From an uncultured Mycoplasmatota bacterium (GTDB lineage Bacteria > Bacillota_I > Bacilli_A > RF39 > UBA660): 32,895 nucleotides of DNA. The notes under the pieces are model-generated. The model was not told the DNA's origin, ran no database searches, and saw only the letters and a list, made by a program, of their open reading frames with translations. The stretch spans positions 1 through 32,895 of the forward strand of contig CAOKKL010000003.1 in the NCBI GenBank assembly GCA_948469065.1, read 5' to 3'. Made by a program: the position numbers and the translations under genes. This document shows, one piece after another, positions 26,739-32,895 of this stretch (its first letter is position 1; every line of letters starts with the position of its first letter).

Positions 26739-28622
26739 TTATTTGGATAAGAATTCACAAACCAAGTTACTAATTTCAGTTGGATTTTCAATAGTTAGTC
26801 CTTCAATTAATCTTGCTTGTGCATATAAAATTTTTGTATATTTTTCTAATGATTCAAAATCTTTTTTCTGAAATAAAGCTTCCAGTTTTTTTCCTATTTC
26901 ATGATTTTCATTAATTTCCATCGTAACTTCCGCTTTTACATTTTGATTGTTTGGCATTGCGTTTAATACTTTTTCCATCTCTACCGAAACCTCACCTTTG
27001 CTAGTTAAGCAAACAGGATGATTTTTTAAACGGTGAGTATATTGAATATCGTTTACTTGTTCTTTTAAATATTCTTTCATTTTTTGAAATAATTCTTGAT
27101 TTTTTTCATTTGCTTTTTTTAGGGCAAGTTTTTCTTCTTCACTATCTAAATTCATTTTTTCATCGGCTACATTCATAAATTTTTTGCCCGCATAGTCTTG
27201 CATTGTTTTTAACACAAATTCATCCATATAATCTGTCAAGTAAAGAATTTCAAATCCTTTTTCTTTGACACTTTCTACTTGTGGTAATAAATCTATTTTT
27301 TCAATTGTTTCCCCACAAGCATAATAAATCATATCTTGTTCATTTGACATATTTTCTAAGTATTCTTTTAAAGTAATATATTTTTTTTCTTTCGAAGAAG
27401 TGTAAAGCAATAAATCAGCCAACATTTCTTTTTTCATTCCATAACTACTATAAATACCATATTTTAATTGTGTTCCAAAGGTTTCAAAAAATTTTTCATA
27501 ATTTTCTCTTTCTTCTTGTAACATCGTTTCTAATTCTTTTTTTATTTTGGTTTCTAAAGTTTTTGCTATTTGTTCTATTTGGAAGTTTTCTTGAGTTGTC
27601 TCTCTAGAAATATTAAGAGAAATGTCTTCACTATCGACAAGACCTTTTACAAAGCTAAAGTAATCTGGTAATAAATCACTACATTTTTCCATTATCATGA
27701 CACCTTTAGAATATAATTGTAAACCTTTTTCATATTCTTTGGTGTAATAATCGTATGGAGCATGAGATGGAATAAATAGTAAACTAGTATAACTTACTCT
27801 TCCTTCTACTACATTACGAAATGTATGAATTGGCTTTTCATAATCGTAAAATTTATCCGTATAAAAGTCATTGTATTCTTCTTCGCTCTTTTTACTGTTT
27901 GTTTTTTTCCAAATTGGAATCATACTATTTAAAGTTTTGTCTTCTGTTTCGGTAACGGTTTTTTCACTATCTTCTTTTTTTGTTTCTCTAGTTATCATCA
28001 TTTTAATTGGATAACGAATGTAATCCGAATATTTTTTTATTAAACGTTCAATGGTATATTCTTCTAAAAATTCATCATAATTTACTTCTTCTGAATTTTC
28101 TTTTAGAGAAAGTACAATTTCTGTTCCATTTTCTTTTTTTTCACATTCGTTAATGGTATAACCTTCTGCACCAGTTGAACTCCAACAATATGCTTTGTCG
28201 GAATCGATACTTTTACTTTTTACTTCGACTTGATTGCTTACCATAAAAGCAGAATAAAAGCCAACTCCAAATTGTCCAATAATATCAATATCTTTCTTTT
28301 TGTCATTCTTTTCTTTAAATAACTCAGAGCCACTTTTCGCAATGGTTCCTAAGTTGTTTTCTAGTTCTTCTTCTGTCATACCTACTCCATTATCGGAAAT
28401 GGTAATAGTTCTATTTTCTTTATCTAGCGATAGACGAATTTCTAAATCTTCTTTTTTCGTTTTTATATTTTTTTCTGTTAGAGAACGATAGTATAGTTTA
28501 TCGATGGCATCACTAGCATTTGATATTAATTCTCTTAAAAATATTTCTTTGTTCGTATAGATTGCATTTATCATCATATCTAATAATTTTTTAGATTCTG
28601 CTTTGAATTGTTTTTTCTTCAT
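26739..28622 (-). CDS. htpG: Molecular chaperone HtpG (Hsp90)
   Basis: FLRELISNASDAIDK, DNGVGM, NLGTIAKSG, IGQFGVGFYS, LNISRE. Confidence 0.98.
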   Translation of the reverse strand: MKKKQFKAESKKLLDMMINAIYTNKEIFLRELISNASDAIDKLYYRSLTEKNIKTKKEDLEIRLSLDKENRTITISDNGVGMTEEELENNLGTIAKSGSELFKEKNDKKKDIDIIGQFGVGFYSAFMVSNQVEVKSKSIDSDKAYCWSSTGAEGYTINECEKKENGTEIVLSLKENSEEVNYDEFLEEYTIERLIKKYSDYIRYPIKMMITRETKKEDSEKTVTETEDKTLNSMIPIWKKTNSKKSEEEYNDFYTDKFYDYEKPIHTFRNVVEGRVSYTSLLFIPSHAPYDYYTKEYEKGLQLYSKGVMIMEKCSDLLPDYFSFVKGLVDSEDISLNISRETTQENFQIEQIAKTLETKIKKELETMLQEERENYEKFFETFGTQLKYGIYSSYGMKKEMLADLLLYTSSKEKKYITLKEYLENMSNEQDMIYYACGETIEKIDLLPQVESVKEKGFEILYLTDYMDEFVLKTMQDYAGKKFMNVADEKMNLDSEEEKLALKKANEKNQELFQKMKEYLKEQVNDIQYTHRLKNHPVCLTSKGEVSVEMEKVLNAMPNNQNVKAEVTMEINENHEIGKKLEALFQKKDFESLEKYTKILYAQARLIEGLTIENPTEISNLVCEFLSK

Positions 28623-28660
28623 TTCATCACTCTTTTCTAATTAAAAGAGTATCACTCATT

Positions 28661-28687
28661 TTAGCACTTGTCAATATATAGTGCTAA
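28661..28687. promoter_or_regulatory. CIRCE-like element (HrcA operator) overlapping the htpG -35
   Basis: TTAGCACTT-N9-TAGTGCTAA versus consensus TTAGCACTC-N9-GAGTGCTAA; minus-strand TTGACA at 28674-28669. Confidence 0.88.
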
Positions 28688-28834
28688 AGAAACTTTTGTG
28701 ATTTTTTATTTGAAAAAAATTATCTTTATTTTTAACATTTTAAAAAGACCCCACAATTGTAAACTTGAAAAAAATCCTTATAACTTTTTTGCAAAGCATA
28801 GTATAATAAAGATATTGAAAAAAGGATGTTAGAT

Positions 28835-30463
28835 ATGGGAAATTGGAAAATGACAGAATATACTGTTAAAAAGTTAAATGATGATATTGAGAATAAAAAA
28901 ATTACTGTTCCAAAATATCAAAGAGGTGCTGTTTGGAATAAACAGCAAAAAGATAAATTAATTGATTCTATGAATAAAGGATATCCATTTGGTTCTATTT
29001 TACTTTATGAAAAAGATAACAATCGGCAAATTATTGATGGTTTACAAAGAAGTACCACAATTATTGAATATGTTAAAAATCCTGCTAAGTTTTTTACCGA
29101 TGAAAATTTAAACGATGAAATTATGAATGAAATTATAGAAAAATTAAATGTAGTAGGAAATAAAAATGAAATGAAATTGAAACTAATTGATATGATTAAA
29201 CAGTGGGTTTTAAATAATCATAGCACAATGCAAGATATTCAAAGAATGCAATATGGAGACTTAGCGGATGAAATTATCAAAGAATGGCCTACAGCTTTGA
29301 GCGAAAAAGATAATATTAAAACGCGAATTAAAGGAATGTTTCAAGAATTTCAAGATATTTGTCAAAATATTTCGAATGTTCCGATTCCTGCTTTAGTTTA
29401 TGAGGGTGATGAAAGCTTACTACCAGAAATTTTTGAAAGAATAAATTCTCAAGGAGCAAAATTAACCAAACATCAAATTTTTTCTGCAACTTGGCAGGAT
29501 ATTGTTGAGATTAAAGATACTCAATTTTATGAGATTTTAACTAATAATCGTGATCGATATGAGAACATGTTGGATGAAAGTATGGAATTAGAAGAATATA
29601 ATTCTATTCAATTTATGAGAGATAAAAAAGTTACTATCTTTGAACTCGTGTTTGGATTTGGAAAAATGATTAGTAGAAAATATCCTTATTTATTTAATTT
29701 TGATGAAAAAGATAAAACAAAAGTAGAGAGTATTGGTTTTAATTTGATTAATGCTTGTTTGGTACAACGAAGCTCTAATTTAAAAAGATTAAATATCAAT
29801 TTAAAAAATTATGTTGGATTGGATCAGATAGAATTATTTCTTACAAAAGTCTTATCAGCAATTGAATACGTTGATAAACGATTAGGAGCAGGAACAAAAT
29901 TTAAAGGAAATACACGTGGAAATTCAAAAATTCGACCTTTACATTCTGAATTACAAATCGTGTCTATTATTGCTACGGTTTTTATTAATCGACATGCTAA
30001 TTTTCAAACAAATGAAAAAGGAGATGTTTTAAATTTAACATTTGATATTTCTACAAACTCTAACAAATGGACAGAAATGAAAAATACGTTTGATCAAAAT
30101 ATATTAAAAATTTATGCAATGGATATATTAGGGCAAAAATGGAAAGGTTCTGGAGATAAAAAATTAGATAATATAATCATTGAAAATTATTATTATGATA
30201 GAGTCATTAGTTGGGAAAATTTTGAACAAGTATTAGATGTTTATTACAATACAATTAATAGTGAAAGAAATGAGAGAAAACAAGTTGCTAATCCAAAAGA
30301 GCCTGAAAAATTAATATTAAATTTAATTTATGCTTTTATTTTCCGTGCTTCCGATCAAAATGACGATTCAAATTATGATATTGAACATTTAGCACCAAAA
30401 GCATTGATGAAAGAAAAAATTTATACTAGTTTATTTGTTAATAATTATCGACCTATGAACTAA
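28835..30463 (+). pseudogene. DUF262 (GmrSD/ParB-like) protein, probably truncated at the start of its DUF1524/HNH domain
   Basis: VPKYQRGAVW, PFGSILL, IIDGLQR, IFERINSQG; ends shortly after YDIEHLAP with no NL..L....N segment; likely start ATG 28835. Confidence 0.7.
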
Positions 30464-30589
30464 AATATTTCAAAAAAATTTTTATAAAAAAGGTATGAAA
30501 TTTACTTTTTTGATAATTATGCCTTCCAATAGAATCATCAAAAATGATGGTTCTTTTTTGTCATTATAACAGTTTAATAATTGAAGTCA

Positions 30590-31920
30590 ATATCTATTTC
30601 AGTTGTTGTGTAAATCTCCATTTTCAAAGAACATTTTTGTTAAATCCTGCCTTCATAGATGATAGATAGTTGGTTATAAATCATATCCCATCCATGAATT
30701 CTACCTGTCCATTTTTTTGTCACATTGATTGTCTCTAAATATAGTGTTTTTCACAAAGCTTGATCGGTTGGAAATATTGGTCTTTTTTTATTTACAGATT
30801 TATATCGATTATTAATGATTCTATTGCATTCGTTGTATACATAATTTTCCTTATTTCTGGAGTAAATTTGAAAAATGTAGATAACGATTCCAAATTATTT
30901 AACCAACTATTGATTGCATGAGGATATTTACCTTTCCATTTTTCTTCTAATTTTAACAATTCCTCATATCCAAGTTCTTCGTTAGGTGCTTGATAGATTC
31001 CTTTAAAATCCTTTGCTATCTCTTTATAATCTTTGTATGATACAAATTTTAAACTCGTTCTAATTTAATGAACAATACATCTTTGGTACTCACAACTTGG
31101 ATATACTGCTGTGATTGCTTCCTTTATTCCAGAAAGTCCATCTGCACATAGAATTAATATATCTTCTACTCCTCGATTTTTTAAATCATTTAATATATTT
31201 GCCCATACCTTTGCTGATTCATTCTCTCCAATTGTGATGGATAATACTTCTTTTTTCCCTTCTTTACTTATTCCTAGTACGATATATGCTGCTTTTTTCA
31301 CCACACTTCCATTACTTCTTACACTAAAGTGAGTGGCATCTATAAAAAGGATTGGGTAAATTCGATCTAATTTTCTTTTCTGCCATTCTTGAATTTCTGG
31401 CATGATTTTATCTGTGATATCATTAATCATATCGTCACTTAATTGACAACCAAATAACTCATAGATTTGATCCTTAATTTCATTGGTTGTCATTCCTAAG
31501 GCATACATGGATATAATTTTATCTTCGAATCCATTGATACTTTTTGCATAAGGTGGTAATAAATCACTTTTACATTCTCCCATTCGATCTCTTGGGATAC
31601 TTACTGGTATGCTTCCATAGGTTGTATTGATGTTTCTTTCTTTGTAATATCCGTTTCTACTATTTTCATTATCACTTTTTTCATGTTTCGAATATCCTAA
31701 TTTTGTTTCCATTTCTGCATCTAACATTTTCTGTAATGCTGGGGCCGAAAAGATTTCTCATCATTTCTTGCATATCATCCATGTTTTTAATCGTATGTTC
31801 ATCCATATATTCATTGATTTCTTTTGGTAATTCATTTTTTTTCATTTTAAAAGCCTTCCTTTTTCTATTTTATCATTTTGGAAGGTTTTCTTCTATTTAC
31901 ACAACTTTTTCTATACTCTC
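30590..31920 (-). mobile_element. Decayed IS256-family element
   Basis: Transposase 31845..30640 with frameshifts near 31743 and 30812, in-frame TAA at 31065 (CIVH*IR, where Q is expected) and TGA near 30752. End GAGAGTATAGAAAAAGTTGTGTAAAT at 31920-31895; only the inner GTTGTGTAAAT (30605-30615) matches at the other end. Confidence 0.93.
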
Positions 31921-31926
31921 GATTTT

Positions 31927-32025
31927 TTATCTTTTATCTTTTTTCTTTTTATTCCACCAAGTACCAGTAAGTGAACAGCCTCCACCAATAAATATAAATA
32001 CTATCATAAATATCCAAAATTCCAT
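31927..32025 (-). CDS. 32-aa single-TM small protein (not in ORF track)
   Basis: RBS GAGGAGG; MEFWIFMIVFIFIGGGCSLTGTWWNKKKKDKR*, a hydrophobic helix with a basic tail. Confidence 0.7.
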   Translation of the reverse strand: MEFWIFMIVFIFIGGGCSLTGTWWNKKKKDKR

Positions 32026-32054
32026 ATTCTACCTCCTCGTATAAAATTTTTAAA

Positions 32055-32636
32055 CTATAATTTTTTCATTATAAATATTTCAATTATAAAAATAATAAAT
32101 GTTATTAAACCTGTCAAAATTGCTAACAAAATCTTTTGATAATTTCTTTTTCCTATTTCTTGTTGTACTTCTTCATAAGATAATGATTTATTTTCCATAA
32201 AAGCAATAATTTCTTTATAAGTTTGAATGTCATTATTCTTTTTAAACTTCTCAATGATTGTTGCTGTTACAATTGCTGTTACAAAAAACATTGCCCAAAT
32301 AATAGCACCAATATATCCATCTATCTTAAATAACGGATATGCACTAAACATTAAAATTAACATTTCTACTAGGAAAATATAACTTATTATATTAAACTTT
32401 TCTATTTTCTCTTTACTAATTATTTTTTTCATCTCCTCTATATCTCCTTTTATAAAATCATCTAGAGTTACATGAAAGATGTTAGATAAGATGGTTAAAC
32501 TTTTTATATCAGGGTAACTTTTACTTGTTTCCCAATTAGAAATCGTTTGTCTTGAAACAAATATTTTTAATGCTAATTCGTCTTGTGAAATATTTTGTTT
32601 TTCCCTATATTTTTTAATTCTTGCTCCAACATTCAT
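32055..32636 (-). CDS. XRE-family HTH regulator with C-terminal TM helices
   Basis: IKKYREKQNISQDELA...VSRQTISNWETSKSYPDI; three hydrophobic segments; start ATG 32636 after GGAGG. Confidence 0.9.
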   Translation of the reverse strand: MNVGARIKKYREKQNISQDELALKIFVSRQTISNWETSKSYPDIKSLTILSNIFHVTLDDFIKGDIEEMKKIISKEKIEKFNIISYIFLVEMLILMFSAYPLFKIDGYIGAIIWAMFFVTAIVTATIIEKFKKNNDIQTYKEIIAFMENKSLSYEEVQQEIGKRNYQKILLAILTGLITFIIFIIEIFIMKKL

Positions 32637-32680
32637 TTTGCACCTCCAATTACATTTTATAGAAGAATGATATTTTTGTC

Positions 32681-32698
32681 TGTCAAAAGTCTTTGACA
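32681..32698. promoter_or_regulatory. Palindromic operator upstream of the XRE gene
   Basis: TGTCAAA-AGTC-TTTGACA, perfect 7-bp arms containing TTGACA. Confidence 0.7.
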
Positions 32699-32895
32699 TC
32701 AAGCTATTATAATGAATTGTAGTAAATTATTCTTCATAATTATAACAAAAAAAGAACAAATCATAAACACAATTTGCTCGTTAAATTTGTAATTTAGTGA
32801 ATAGTATGTGCAGTAATACCCTACTTTGACAGTTTTATAAAAGCTAGACAAAATCTAGTTTTTTTGTCATTTATATATTGCGTACGTTTTCGTCT

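Noticed and set aside
3757-31332. Many short plus-strand ORFs antisense to long genes, plus the alternate-frame ORF 10889..11077
   Set aside because: Shadow ORFs of well-supported genes, with no RBS or motif support.
30640-31845. In-frame TAA/TGA in the transposase as evidence of stop-codon reassignment or programmed frameshifting
   Set aside because: Several independent lesions indicate decay; other genes read cleanly in code 11 and use TGA as stop.
31703-32044. 113-aa plus-strand ORF
   Set aside because: Antisense to the IS256 5' end and to the RBS-supported small ORF.
1-32895. CRISPR array, rRNA, T-box or known riboswitch, attR copy of either tRNA 3' end
   Set aside because: No regularly spaced repeats or recognisable consensus motifs found by eye; a covariance-model scan would be needed to exclude riboswitches fully.

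Overview
AT-rich (by eye roughly a quarter G+C) chromosomal window from a low-GC Bacillota. The gene content suggests an RF39-like or other uncultured gut Bacilli lineage (inference). TGA serves as a stop, so the code is standard code 11. The left end is a decayed island at tRNA-His: a frameshifted tyrosine-integrase C-terminus, a 5'-truncated gene, a NUDIX hydrolase, an IS256 remnant, and a PIN-GNAT-EVE/PUA fusion convergent with a stand-alone 5hmdU-DNA-kinase-helical (aGPT-Pplase1) gene. Next is a ligase-less LigD (PE+POL) behind a sigmaG-like promoter. The centre is mostly core or accessory housekeeping: Ord/DapB-like dehydrogenase, single-domain Clp AAA+, PadR-DUF1700, SipW-type surface proteins, MarR plus MacB-like ABC, tRNA-Asn, YtaF/MntP, DusB, PduL, an OmpR/HK two-component system, YebC, patatin, ZIP, ASCH and CIRCE-preceded HtpG. 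The right end has a DUF262(-HNH) gene cut off just after the start of its nuclease domain, a decayed full-length IS256 and an XRE-membrane regulator with a small ORF. Four observations stand out. (1) YebC carries an N-terminal MKLNIQLF extension matching the Prp-cleaved leader of ribosomal protein L27. (2) A candidate regulator-controlled small RNA with 11-bp-phased boxes lies just downstream of the two-component system, whose regulator appears to start at ATC. (3) The tRNA island pairs a modified-base reader with a DNA-hypermodification-family gene. (4) The intergenic tract 12456-12700 is densely structured.
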